Assembly (NCBI GenBank): GCA_963739455.1 | Contig: CAVUAK010000001.1 | Location: 1,568,001-1,632,000 of the forward strand | Source of the DNA: an uncultured Gemmatimonadales bacterium | GTDB lineage: Bacteria > Gemmatimonadota > Gemmatimonadetes > Gemmatimonadales > GWC2-71-9 | Direction of reading: 5' to 3' | Length of the DNA: 64,000 nucleotides | Shown: piece after piece, positions 9,594 to 18,981 of the stretch | Layout of the letters: every line of letters starts with the position of its first letter | Position numbering within the stretch: the stretch's first letter is position 1 | The notes under the pieces: model-generated | Database searches by the model: none | Seen by the model: the letters and a program-made list of their open reading frames with translations, nothing else | What the model was told of the DNA's origin: nothing | Program-made: the position numbers and the translations under genes

Positions 9594-10604
9594 GTGGCGC
9601 TGATTACCGGGCGTGCGGCACGCCGGCACCGCATGGCGCTTCTCGCGCTCCTCCTTCTCGGTGCTTGCCGTGGTCGTGGGGAAACCACTGCCGCCCCCCC
9701 GAACAACGTGCTGTCCTTGGCGCCGTTCCGCGCGGTCATCTTTACGCGGGATTCGCTGCAGTACCACTCGGACGGCTTCAAGGAGGCTGGGGCCGACGGT
9801 GCTGAGCGCCCGCGGTACAGAGTGACCGGGGGCGGGGTTACGGGGACTGGCCTGTATTCGGCACCGGATTGGGAGGGACATTTTCTGGTTATCGCCACGC
9901 TGGCCGGGACCGGGCAAGCCGATACCAGCCACATCATGGTTGTTAAGCGAGGAAAGCACAGCTATCAGAGTGCCTTCCCATCTACGGAAGAGGTGCTCTC
10001 TGACGGTGGTCGCTGGGCAAACGGAGGCCTGATCGGCCTCGAGTGGTCGAACGTGGCGACTAGGCCCGGTCGAGTGTTTGGCCTTCAAACCGGTCGGAGC
10101 TACAGTGATGCGACGGCGTTGCTGACAGGGGAATGGTTGCCCAACCAGATGGTGGCCGCCACTGTCTACGTCGTGTCAGCTCAGTGGGAGGAATGCTACC
10201 CAGAAGTAGAACTCCGTCTGCGAAGTACACTGTTTCCGCGCTGGAATGCGGGTTACGAGGTCAGTTTCGAGGTATCGAGTGATCATGAGGCGTATCTGAT
10301 TGTCGTGCGCTGGAACGGGCCATTTGGCAACTTTACCTACTTGCTGAAGCGGAAGGGCCCCGAATTCGGGGTGCGAGACGGGGACGTGGTGAGCGCCAAG
10401 GCACAGGGTGACACAATCTTTGCTTACAAGAACGGTGTAGAATTGGCCCGGGTAACGGATGCTGCATACGCCGGCGGCAACCCAGGGATCGGATTCAATC
10501 TCGAGAACGCGCGACTGGCGTGTAGGGGCACGAACAGTCGGTACGGCTTTTCGAGCTTTCTGGCGACCGACGAAGAGCTTGAGCCACGCGGAGTCGCTCA
10601 CTGA
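9594..10604 (+). CDS. Putative lipoprotein: one Ig-like repeat + ~200-aa beta-rich C-terminal domain (paralog of 15183..18059); start could be 9594 or 9633
   Basis: Basic n-region, hydrophobic stretch and LGAC lipobox. The C-terminal domain aligns by hand with that of the 958-aa protein. Confidence 0.8.
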   Translation: MALITGRAARRHRMALLALLLLGACRGRGETTAAPPNNVLSLAPFRAVIFTRDSLQYHSDGFKEAGADGAERPRYRVTGGGVTGTGLYSAPDWEGHFLVIATLAGTGQADTSHIMVVKRGKHSYQSAFPSTEEVLSDGGRWANGGLIGLEWSNVATRPGRVFGLQTGRSYSDATALLTGEWLPNQMVAATVYVVSAQWEECYPEVELRLRSTLFPRWNAGYEVSFEVSSDHEAYLIVVRWNGPFGNFTYLLKRKGPEFGVRDGDVVSAKAQGDTIFAYKNGVELARVTDAAYAGGNPGIGFNLENARLACRGTNSRYGFSSFLATDEELEPRGVAH

Positions 10605-10610
10605 CGCGCC

Positions 10611-10626
10611 GGGCATCAACCTTGCT
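10611..10626 (+). promoter_or_regulatory. Sigma-54 (-24/-12) promoter candidate upstream of wzm
   Basis: GGGCATC-AACC-TTGCT, correct GG-N10-GC spacing, ~48 nt before the ATG at 10674. Confidence 0.6.
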
Positions 10627-10673
10627 CGTAGCGTGAGTTTGTACCGTCGCCTTTCCTGGGAACCCATGGAGCC

Positions 10674-11468
10674 ATGCTAGGCATCGTCCCTCAACTTCGC
10701 GAAGTCTTCGATCGTCGCGACCTGCTGTACATCCTCACTTGGCGTGAGATTGCGCTGAAATACAAGCAATCAGTTATGGGCCTCCTCTGGGCAGTCCTGA
10801 TGCCGATCGTGGTCATTGGCGCCGGAGTGATTGTCCGGTACGCGATAGCGAGCACCTCCGGCACGCCATTGGCTAAGGCTGACATTGCTGCGGTTGCCGT
10901 AAAGGCTGCTCCATGGGCCTTTTTCGTGGCGGCGCTTCGGTTCGGGACGAACAGCCTCATCGCGAGTGCCAACCTGCTCACGAAGATCTACCTGCCGCGG
11001 CTCATCTTCCCCATGGCAGCCGTGCTGTCACAGCTCTTTGACTTCGTTGTGGCCTCAGGGGCCATACTCATTCTCCTCGCACTACTCGGCGTTGGGGTCA
11101 GTTTCCAACTGTTGTGGCTCCCCGTGCTGCTCGGGCTGCTTTTCCTCCTCGCAGTGAGCTGCGCGATCCTCTTGTCTGCCGGTAGCCTCTTCTTCCGCGA
11201 CGTGAAGTACATCGTGGAAATCATCCTCACCTTTGCCATTTTCTTCACGCCGGTGCTTTACGAGGCTTCCATGATGGGCAAGTGGCAGCCCTTGATCCTG
11301 CTCAACCCAGTGGCGCCCATTCTGGAGGGCCTTACCACGACCGTCATCAAGCATGGCGCGCCATCGCTGCCATGGCTCCTGTACAGCGGCGTCTGGGCGT
11401 GCGGCCTGCTGCTGATCGCATTGACCATGTTTCGCCGGCTTGAGCCCTACTTCGCCGAGAGCGTCTGA
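10674..11468 (+). CDS. wzm: ABC-2 polysaccharide exporter permease
   Basis: REIALKYKQSVMGLLW, LLTKIYLPR, FRDVKYI, LNPVAP, FAESV end. Confidence 0.92.
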   Translation: MLGIVPQLREVFDRRDLLYILTWREIALKYKQSVMGLLWAVLMPIVVIGAGVIVRYAIASTSGTPLAKADIAAVAVKAAPWAFFVAALRFGTNSLIASANLLTKIYLPRLIFPMAAVLSQLFDFVVASGAILILLALLGVGVSFQLLWLPVLLGLLFLLAVSCAILLSAGSLFFRDVKYIVEIILTFAIFFTPVLYEASMMGKWQPLILLNPVAPILEGLTTTVIKHGAPSLPWLLYSGVWACGLLLIALTMFRRLEPYFAESV

Positions 11469-11470
11469 TC

Positions 11471-12706
11471 GTGACCAACACGGTGCTGGAGGTGAATGCG
11501 GTCTCTAAGCGTTTTCGGCGTGGCCAGCTGCATGACTCGCTGCGTGACCTGCTTCCGTCGCTGGGACGCAGGCTGATACGCGCTGGAGCGGCGCCAGAGC
11601 ACAGCGTGCTCGACTTCTGGGCACTACAGGATGTGTCATTCACTGTTGAAGAGGGAGAGGCTTTTGCGATCGTCGGCGGTAATGGGGCGGGCAAGAGCAC
11701 CATGCTCAAGCTATTGTCGCGTATCATGCGGCCGACCAGCGGGGCTGTGAGCGTTGAGGGACGCCTTTCGGCGCTGATTGAGGTGAGCGCCGGCTTTCAT
11801 CCTGACCTGACCGGAAGAGAGAACATCTACCTCAACGGCGCGATCCTCGGGATGAGCCGTTCCGAGATTGCGCGTCGGTTCGACGAGATTGTCGCGTTCT
11901 CAGGCCTGGAGCAGTTCCTGGACACCCAGGTCAAGCGCTATTCCTCCGGCATGTACGCCCGGCTCGGGTTCTCGGTCGCCGCACATGTTGATGCCGATGT
12001 CCTGCTGATCGACGAGGTGCTTAGCGTGGGCGATTACTTGTTCCAGAGGAAGTGCGTTGAGCGGATGAACGAAGTCATTCGCGGTGGCACGACGGTCGTA
12101 TTCGTGTCTCACAATCTCAAGGCGGTGACCGAGCTCTGCCACCGGAGCCTCTTGCTTGAACGGGGCCGGGTTGGAATGATCGGCCCGACCACGGACGTTG
12201 TTCGCACTTACCTCTCCCGCGGCGGTGTACGGCATGACGTCAAGCCGGGCCAGCCAGTCAGCATTGTCAGTGTGACCGTGGAGGGACCGGACGGGACTGC
12301 GATCGGGTTGCCCTCCGGGGGGCGTGCTCGGGTGACGGTCGACGCTCACGCTCTGACGGACATCGACGACGTAACGCTGTTGATCCAGGTCGCTGACGAG
12401 CAGCAGTATGCGCTGTTCGACACGTGCAGTCAGCGGCTCGGGGCGGGACCCCTATCAATACGGCGTGGTGAAACCGCGAAGTGTGTCTTCGATCTCGATC
12501 TCGAGCTGGCCGAGGGCACCTACTACATCAACGCATATATCCACCAGTATGTCACAGGCACCACGTATGACCGGTGGGACACGGCAGCGACGTTCTTTGT
12601 GCGCGGAACACCGTCCATGCGGGGCGTCGTCAATCTGCACCCAAGGCTCACGAGCTGTGCGGTGTGCGCCGCGAGTGCAATTCAGGCCCCGGTGTCGGCT
12701 GGGTGA
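11471..12706 (+). CDS. wzt: ABC polysaccharide exporter ATPase with C-terminal Wzt_C-like domain
   Basis: FWALQDVSF, Walker A GGNGAGKST, YSSGMYARLGF, IDEVLSVGD, plus a ~160-aa beta-rich C-terminal extension. Confidence 0.93.
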   Translation: MTNTVLEVNAVSKRFRRGQLHDSLRDLLPSLGRRLIRAGAAPEHSVLDFWALQDVSFTVEEGEAFAIVGGNGAGKSTMLKLLSRIMRPTSGAVSVEGRLSALIEVSAGFHPDLTGRENIYLNGAILGMSRSEIARRFDEIVAFSGLEQFLDTQVKRYSSGMYARLGFSVAAHVDADVLLIDEVLSVGDYLFQRKCVERMNEVIRGGTTVVFVSHNLKAVTELCHRSLLLERGRVGMIGPTTDVVRTYLSRGGVRHDVKPGQPVSIVSVTVEGPDGTAIGLPSGGRARVTVDAHALTDIDDVTLLIQVADEQQYALFDTCSQRLGAGPLSIRRGETAKCVFDLDLELAEGTYYINAYIHQYVTGTTYDRWDTAATFFVRGTPSMRGVVNLHPRLTSCAVCAASAIQAPVSAG

Positions 12707-13959
12707 AACCGTTCCAGCCAGATCTCCCTCCAGAAGATCCACTCGTTCTCGGGGTTGAAGTCCCGGAACTCTCCTGTCGCGGTCACACCTTCGAGGATGA
12801 TGGATGGCCTGCTTAGGTGCACGAGCTGTCCCGTCGCCTCGACCATCGTCAGCTCCACACGGTCGCGGACACGATAGATCCCGCCGCAATACCGAAGCAT
12901 GTCAGGGTCAAATCGCAGCCCTCGATTTCGCGACGCGTCGTTCAAGGTGGCTTCAATTTCTGCCTTGGTACGCACGCGAACGAACTCCCCCGGGCGGAGA
13001 TTGAGGGAGAGCTCCGGCGTTGAGTGCCCGGCCGCCGGGGTGTAGAACGGGGACTCCACGCCACTGCGGAGGTTCTGAATTCGATTGAACGCGGCGAGTG
13101 ACAATCCCGCGAGGAACGCTCGCGGCGGAACATTGCCGTTGAGCAGGTCCCGGAAGTAGCGCCCATAGATGCCGCTGCTCATCGGAGTGGTGCCGGCGGT
13201 AAGTTCGGTGGCCTGGCATCGCATCCTATTGCCACGGCGAGTGTGCATCACAAGCCGATTGCGATCGTACTGCTCCGTGGCGTAATGAACCGCTGCAGCC
13301 GCACTAGTGCGCTTCGCAGCGGCAATGTTCGGCCTCGTGGTTCGCACAAGCCAGGATTCGTTCCATCGAATGTGACAGTTTGCCTGGCAGCCTTGATGAG
13401 CGGATCCATCACATCGGATGTCCACTAGCTGCACCGTTGAGCGCACGCGGCGCAAGCCAGTCTTGCCGATCCAGTCATGCAGTTTGTCGATGCGACGTGC
13501 GACCTGGGCTGTGCGCCCGCACCAGCCAGCCATTTCAGGCATGAACGGCAGTCCGCCGAGCGCACCGTCCTGGTCGAGCGTGGAGGCAATCTCGGCGAGG
13601 GTCCTGACCTGCACCCAGTCACCGGCGCGAAGGCCGCGCGATGACGCGGCTGAACGAAGGACCGAGAAGATCGGCGCCGGAAGCCACTCGCGGGGCCGGT
13701 CGGTGTGATAGGGAAGGCCTCGTGCTTCCATCGCATCTCGACGCAGGGCAATCACGCCACCCAGCACCACAAGCGCGGCGCTGCTCGCCAGCCAGAGCAG
13801 TGCCAGGAAGAGCAACACGAATAGGAGCGGCCCGGCGTGGGAAGCGCCATGCACCTCGGGCGGCGCCAGTGCAACGGCCACGCATGCGGCGCTCGCCAGG
13901 CCGCAAATGGCACCTGCAGCGACGACGGTCTTCAGGTAGCTAGTGCGCAATCCGGACAC
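12682..13959 (-). CDS. Hypothetical membrane-anchored protein with an internally duplicated domain
   Basis: 425-aa ORF with two N-terminal TM segments and two copies of LR.G(D/E).V.VRT.AEI..TL...G...GL.F.P(E/D)M...CG...W.E.WL.R. Confidence 0.75.
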   Translation of the reverse strand: MSGLRTSYLKTVVAAGAICGLASAACVAVALAPPEVHGASHAGPLLFVLLFLALLWLASSAALVVLGGVIALRRDAMEARGLPYHTDRPREWLPAPIFSVLRSAASSRGLRAGDWVQVRTLAEIASTLDQDGALGGLPFMPEMAGWCGRTAQVARRIDKLHDWIGKTGLRRVRSTVQLVDIRCDGSAHQGCQANCHIRWNESWLVRTTRPNIAAAKRTSAAAAVHYATEQYDRNRLVMHTRRGNRMRCQATELTAGTTPMSSGIYGRYFRDLLNGNVPPRAFLAGLSLAAFNRIQNLRSGVESPFYTPAAGHSTPELSLNLRPGEFVRVRTKAEIEATLNDASRNRGLRFDPDMLRYCGGIYRVRDRVELTMVEATGQLVHLSRPSIILEGVTATGEFRDFNPENEWIFWREIWLERFHPADTGA

Positions 13960-13998
13960 TCGACCAATTCATCCTGCGATAGGTGAGATTGCGCAAAA

Positions 13999-14014
13999 TG
14001 GCATGAAAGTCGCA
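13999..14014 (+). promoter_or_regulatory. Sigma-54 promoter candidate upstream of GT2
   Basis: TGGCATG-AAAG-TCGCA with GG-N10-GC spacing in the intergenic region. Confidence 0.5.
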
Positions 14015-14132
14015 CAGCAAGGTGGCCCTAAGATAGCTTCCTAAACCTTGATAGGGCTTCAGGTTGGGTCTGCGCTGTGACGGTGTGGCAACAGACCAGC
14101 GGACGCGACCTCCCGTTGGCGAGTGACAACAA

Positions 14133-15131
14133 ATGAGACCATCCATGACCGAATCTAGAATGCCGTTGGTAAGCGTCGTCATTCCGGTCTACAATGGGGC
14201 CGAATTTCTCGCCAACGCGATCGACAGTGTTCTGAAGCAAACCTACTCCAATTTCGATCTCACGATCGGCAACAACTGGAGCACAGACCGGACCTTGGAG
14301 ATCGCGCAGGAGTATGCCGCCCGCGATTCACGAATTCGCGTTGTCACGTATCCAAAATTCGTGTCTGTGGTCGATAGCCACAACACGGCATTTACCCTGA
14401 TCTCACCGGAAGCAGAGTATTGCAAGATCGTTGGGGCAGACGACTGGATATTCCCTGATTGCCTGCGGTGCATGGTAGAAGTCGCTGAGGCGTATCCCAG
14501 TGTCGGAATGGTCTCATCGTATGTCTTGCACGGGACAAATGTAGGCCGCGTTGGTATGCCATACCCGAGACAGTTTGTGCGGGGTCGGGAGATATGCCGC
14601 ATGCGCTTCCTGGAGGAGGTAAAGCCGTTCGGAGGGCCCTCGGCGTCACTCATTCGGGCAACCATTCTCAAGACGCAGCGGCCGTTCTACAACCCACTGA
14701 ACTACCATGGTGACATCGAGGCGTACCTGGAATTGCTGAAGGATCACGATTTTGGCTTTGTTTTTCAGGTCCTTTCTTACAACAGGAAAGGCGAGAAGTC
14801 ACGTACCACCGCCTACCTCGATCGAGTCGAATCATCGTACGCTGCCGAAGTAGATGAACTGACGAAATACGGCCCAGTCTACCTCACGCCCGAGGAACGG
14901 GAGCCGCGCCTGCAGGCGGCTTGGCGGCGGTACTATCGATTTCTGGGCGAAAATGCCCTCAAGTTCCGGAACAAGGAGTTCTGGGACTATCACTTCAAGC
15001 ACATCAAGGCGATGGGCTACTCCCTCAGTCGCGGCAGGATTGCGGCCAGTGCCCTCCAACGGGTTCTGGAGCTCGCCTTGAATCCTCTCAATACGGCCCG
15101 CGCGATCCTGCGAAGGCTGGCAGCAACCTGA
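14133..15131 (+). CDS. Glycosyltransferase family 2
   Basis: VSVVIPVYNG, SVLKQTY, NWSTDRT, GADDW. Confidence 0.9.
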   Translation: MRPSMTESRMPLVSVVIPVYNGAEFLANAIDSVLKQTYSNFDLTIGNNWSTDRTLEIAQEYAARDSRIRVVTYPKFVSVVDSHNTAFTLISPEAEYCKIVGADDWIFPDCLRCMVEVAEAYPSVGMVSSYVLHGTNVGRVGMPYPRQFVRGREICRMRFLEEVKPFGGPSASLIRATILKTQRPFYNPLNYHGDIEAYLELLKDHDFGFVFQVLSYNRKGEKSRTTAYLDRVESSYAAEVDELTKYGPVYLTPEEREPRLQAAWRRYYRFLGENALKFRNKEFWDYHFKHIKAMGYSLSRGRIAASALQRVLELALNPLNTARAILRRLAAT

Positions 15132-15182
15132 GCCGTCTTTCGTCAGCGTTCAGGTGCCAGCCCTTGCTGCCTTGCGAGCCAC

Positions 15183-18059
15183 TCAGGGGGTATCTGTGGC
15201 CACAAAGCTTGTAAATCCATAATCCCCATTGGTGCCGGAGCAACCGGCCGGCGCGTTCTCCAGGTTGAACCCCATGCCAGGGCTTCCGCCTGTGTATGTA
15301 TTGTCGACCGCCGTTGCCATCTGGACGCCGTTCTTGTAAGCCGTTATCTGGTTGCCCACGACCTTTGCGCTGATCACATCGCCCTCCTTCACGCCATACT
15401 GGGCGCCATTCTGGTTGAACAGGTAGGTGTAGTTGCCCAGCGGCCCGTTCCATCGAACGATGATTAAGTAGGCGTCGGAGGACGACGACACCTTGAAGCT
15501 GATCTCGTACCCGTTGTTCAAGTGTGCCGCCACGGTGCTCCGCAGGCGCAATTCAACTTCCTGGTAGCAGGCGTCCTTAGGGTTCACCGCGTGAACGGTT
15601 GCCGTGACCGACTGGTTGGTGCCCCATTGGCCATTGAGCAGCGCTGTTGCGTCCGTGTAGCTGGCGCTAGCTTGGCGGCCGATCGCGAGTCCCGGCGTGG
15701 TGGAGACATTGCTCCAGTCGAGGCCAACGCTCCCGCCGTTGATCCAGCGCCCGCCCTCAGAAATCGGGTTCTCGTTGAGCGCGAAGCTCGTGCTGTAGTC
15801 ATGTCCCACCGGGCTGGCGGCCGCGACTGTCACCAACGAGGTGTCCGCCTTCGCGCCACCTTGCTGCAGGGCGATCACCTGGTAGGCCGTGCCAGCCGTC
15901 GCGCCAGCCGTATAGAGGCCTCCACCCGAGATCGTGCCGCCCGTCGCACTCCAGGTGACCGTGACTGCCTGGCTGCTGTTATCAGTCATCCTGCCGATGG
16001 CGGTGAATTGCTGCGTCGCGCCCGCGACCACCGTGGCGGTCGCTGGGGTCACCACGACGGCGGACAGCGTCGGCGCAGGCGCCGAAATCGTGATGGACGC
16101 TGTATCCGCCTTGGAGCCGCCTTGTTGCAGCGCGATCACCTGATAGGAGGTGCCAGCCGTTGCTCCAGCCGTGTAGAGCCCTCCACTCGAGATCGTGCCA
16201 CCCGTCGCACTCCAAATGACCGTGACCGGCTGGGTGCTATTGTCACTCATCTTGCCGACCGCAGCGAACTGCTGTGTCGCGCCCGCGGCCACTGTGGCGG
16301 TCGCAGGGGTTACCACGACCGCGGATAGTGTCGGAGCAGGCGCCGAAATCGTGATGGACGCTGTATCGGCCTTGGTGCCACCCGCCTGGGTCGCAATGAC
16401 CCGGAAGGATCCGCCAGTGCCGCCAGCGGTGTAGAGGCCGTTGCTGCTGATCGTGCCGCCCGTTGCGACCCAGCCAGCGCCGACGGCGGCGCTGCTCCCA
16501 TCACTCATGCGGCCGACCACGGAAAATTGCTGAGTCGAACCCGTAAGCAGGCTAGCCGAACCGGGGGCGATCTCGACCGCGGTGAGGGTGGGTGCAGTTG
16601 CAGCGATCGTCACCGCTGCCGTGTCAGCCAGCGTGCCTCCCTGCTGGACTGCGATCACTCGGAATGACCCTGCGCTAGCGCCCGCGGTGTAGAGTCCTGC
16701 AGCGCCTATCGAGCCACCTGTCGCGGTGTAGTTGACTGGCACGCTCACCGAGCTGCCATCCGTCATCTGGCCGGTAACGGTGAACTGCTGTGTGTTACTT
16801 GCCGAAAGTGTCACCGACGCTGGAGTCAGGATCACCTTCTGCACGGTTGGTGGAGGCGGCGCGATGGTGATGGTCGAGGTATCCGCCAGTGCACTGCTCT
16901 GGTGAGTGGCGATCACACGGTATGTGCCCGCGGCGCTGCCGGCGGTATAAGCCCCGTTGCTGCTCACCGTCCCGCCCGATGCGGACCAGGTCACGGCGAC
17001 GGTCGACACACTCCCATCACTCATCCGCCCCGTAGCCGAGAACTGCTGCGTGCCTCCCGCTGCGAGGCTGGAACTGCCGGGTGCAACGACGATGGCTTGC
17101 AGCGTGACGGACGGCGGTGTGCTCGCAACGGTAACCGCTGCGGTGTCAGCCTTGGTTCCACCCTGCTGCGTTGCGATAACTCGGAATGCGCCGGCCATGG
17201 CGCCGGCGGTGAAGAGACCAGCCGGACTGATGCCTCCTCCGGTGGCAGACCAGGTGACGGAGACACCCGCAGTGCTTCCATCACTCATGTGACCCACCGC
17301 AGCAAACTGCTGCACTGTACTTGGGGCGAGCGAGACCGTACCGGGTGAAATTTCGACTGTCTCTAGCGTCGGCGTGGCCGCGGTAATTGTGACGGATGCG
17401 GTGTCGGCCAGGGTCGCGCCGCTCAGCGTCGCAATCACACGATACGTTCCGGTCGCTGTCCCCGCGGTGTAGCTGCCTCCACTGCTCACGGTGCCACCCG
17501 TCGCACTCCATGTGGCAGTGATCGCCACAGTGGTGCTGTCGGCCTTCACGCCCACCGCAGTGAACGTGAAAGCGGCGCCCGGCTTGAGCGACACCGTGTT
17601 CGGTGACAGTCGAAGTCCTACGGCGGCCCCACTGCTTCTCGGAACATGCACTCGACCCCGCCCAGCGCGACTGGCGCGGCTCGCTTGCACGACGAAGTCA
17701 CCAGGCTCAGCGGCAGTGAACACGCCATTGCCGTCGATGGTACCGCCGATGCCAGCAACGAGCGTCCACTCGACAGGGCCATCGACTGGCTTGCCAAGAA
17801 CGGTCGTATCGGGCACTCGGAACGCAACTGAATCGCCTACGGCAGCGGCAAGCTCCGTTGGCGAAAGCAACAGGGAATCCTGGACTGCGGGAGGGCTTGT
17901 GGGGTCGAGAGGCTCGAGACTCGCTGGCTGTCGCATGTCGCACGCCGATAGCAGCAGCGGGAACAGGAAACCGGTTGCGAGCGCAGCGTGCGTGACCTTC
18001 AATGCCTTCAAGGGAACCCCACAATGTTTGTTTGAACGAGACCACCATGCTTGCGCCAC
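15183..18059 (-). CDS. Large surface lipoprotein with 8 tandem Ig-like (Big_2-like) repeats and a C-terminal ~200-aa domain
   Basis: LLLSAC lipobox. Ala/Thr/Ser/Gly-rich ~86-aa repeats (QQF...G.M.D...V.WSATGG.I...GLYTAG...VIA.QQGG..ADT). Confidence 0.88.
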   Translation of the reverse strand: MAQAWWSRSNKHCGVPLKALKVTHAALATGFLFPLLLSACDMRQPASLEPLDPTSPPAVQDSLLLSPTELAAAVGDSVAFRVPDTTVLGKPVDGPVEWTLVAGIGGTIDGNGVFTAAEPGDFVVQASRASRAGRGRVHVPRSSGAAVGLRLSPNTVSLKPGAAFTFTAVGVKADSTTVAITATWSATGGTVSSGGSYTAGTATGTYRVIATLSGATLADTASVTITAATPTLETVEISPGTVSLAPSTVQQFAAVGHMSDGSTAGVSVTWSATGGGISPAGLFTAGAMAGAFRVIATQQGGTKADTAAVTVASTPPSVTLQAIVVAPGSSSLAAGGTQQFSATGRMSDGSVSTVAVTWSASGGTVSSNGAYTAGSAAGTYRVIATHQSSALADTSTITIAPPPPTVQKVILTPASVTLSASNTQQFTVTGQMTDGSSVSVPVNYTATGGSIGAAGLYTAGASAGSFRVIAVQQGGTLADTAAVTIAATAPTLTAVEIAPGSASLLTGSTQQFSVVGRMSDGSSAAVGAGWVATGGTISSNGLYTAGGTGGSFRVIATQAGGTKADTASITISAPAPTLSAVVVTPATATVAAGATQQFAAVGKMSDNSTQPVTVIWSATGGTISSGGLYTAGATAGTSYQVIALQQGGSKADTASITISAPAPTLSAVVVTPATATVVAGATQQFTAIGRMTDNSSQAVTVTWSATGGTISGGGLYTAGATAGTAYQVIALQQGGAKADTSLVTVAAASPVGHDYSTSFALNENPISEGGRWINGGSVGLDWSNVSTTPGLAIGRQASASYTDATALLNGQWGTNQSVTATVHAVNPKDACYQEVELRLRSTVAAHLNNGYEISFKVSSSSDAYLIIVRWNGPLGNYTYLFNQNGAQYGVKEGDVISAKVVGNQITAYKNGVQMATAVDNTYTGGSPGMGFNLENAPAGCSGTNGDYGFTSFVATDTP
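15820..17880 (-). repeat. Intragenic tandem repeat, ~258-264 nt unit, 7 conserved copies + 1 degenerate
   Basis: Protein repeats are visible. GCCGAAATCGTGATGGACGCTGTATC occurs at 16081 and 16342 (261 nt apart). Confidence 0.85.
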
Positions 18060-18420
18060 GCATCGAGATCAACTAGTCAGAAGCGTGTGTCGCAATCAAA
18101 TACCCTTGTTCCGGGCATTCGGCTCGAAAGCGATGATAGCGTTGCGATTAGGTCTTCAGCAATGCGCATAGAACATTGACAGTCTCTCTTCGTGACGACG
18201 GTCACACAGTGGCACCGATGTGAAGGCCTATGGCTTCGCTGTGTGGCACCGTAGCAACAGTACCGACGGCCGTGGGACACGGCCCGTGCGAGGGGTTGTA
18301 TTCTTCTCCAACTCGTTGTCTGGCTGGGCTTAGCGGCTCAGGTCCCGGAGCACTTGCGAGTCCGACTCTTGCAGTGTGGCCTTAAGGATTCCAATCCAGC
18401 GCTGATAGGAACTCTGCCGC

Positions 18421-18981
18421 ATGCACTTCCGCTATACCGAGATCCCGGGCGCGATGGTCATCGACCCGACGCCGCACGGCGACCATCGTGGGCGCTTCAT
18501 GCGCGCATGGTGTTGCAATGAGATGTCGGATCAGGGAATCGACTTCGTGCCACTGCAGGCCAACATGGGGCGCAGCAGCCAGGCAGGCACGGTCCGCGGA
18601 CTTCATTATCAGGTGGGGCCCAGCACCGAGGCGAAGCTGGTACGTTGCACGTCGGGATCTGTTTTCGATGTGCTGGTGGATCTCCGTCGAGGCTCGACCA
18701 CCTTTGGCCAGTGGACTGCCGCCGAACTTTCGGCGGACAACGGCCGCATGCTATATGTCCCGCCAATGTGCGCTCACGGCTACCAGACGCTGACGGACGA
18801 CGCCGAGATCTACTATCTCACGTCGGCCGTGTATGCACCGTCCTCGGTCCGCGGCCTCCGATTCGACGATCCAGCCGTCGGCATCGCGTGGCCATTGCTG
18901 GTGAGCTCAATTTCCGATCAGGATGCAGCCTGGCCCTTGCTTGGTCACCTCGAACAGGAAAGAAGCGACGTGTCGCGATGA
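18421..18981 (+). CDS. rfbC: dTDP/CDP-4-keto-6-deoxyglucose 3,5-epimerase
   Basis: DHRGRF, GTVRGLHYQ, KLVRC, VDLRRGS, CAHGYQTL, FDDPAVGIAWP. Confidence 0.93.
   Translation: MHFRYTEIPGAMVIDPTPHGDHRGRFMRAWCCNEMSDQGIDFVPLQANMGRSSQAGTVRGLHYQVGPSTEAKLVRCTSGSVFDVLVDLRRGSTTFGQWTAAELSADNGRMLYVPPMCAHGYQTLTDDAEIYYLTSAVYAPSSVRGLRFDDPAVGIAWPLLVSSISDQDAAWPLLGHLEQERSDVSR

Noticed and set aside
15820..17880. Repeats as a CRISPR array or other non-coding repeat
   Set aside because: Units are ~260 nt, in frame and protein-coding, with no spacers and no cas genes.
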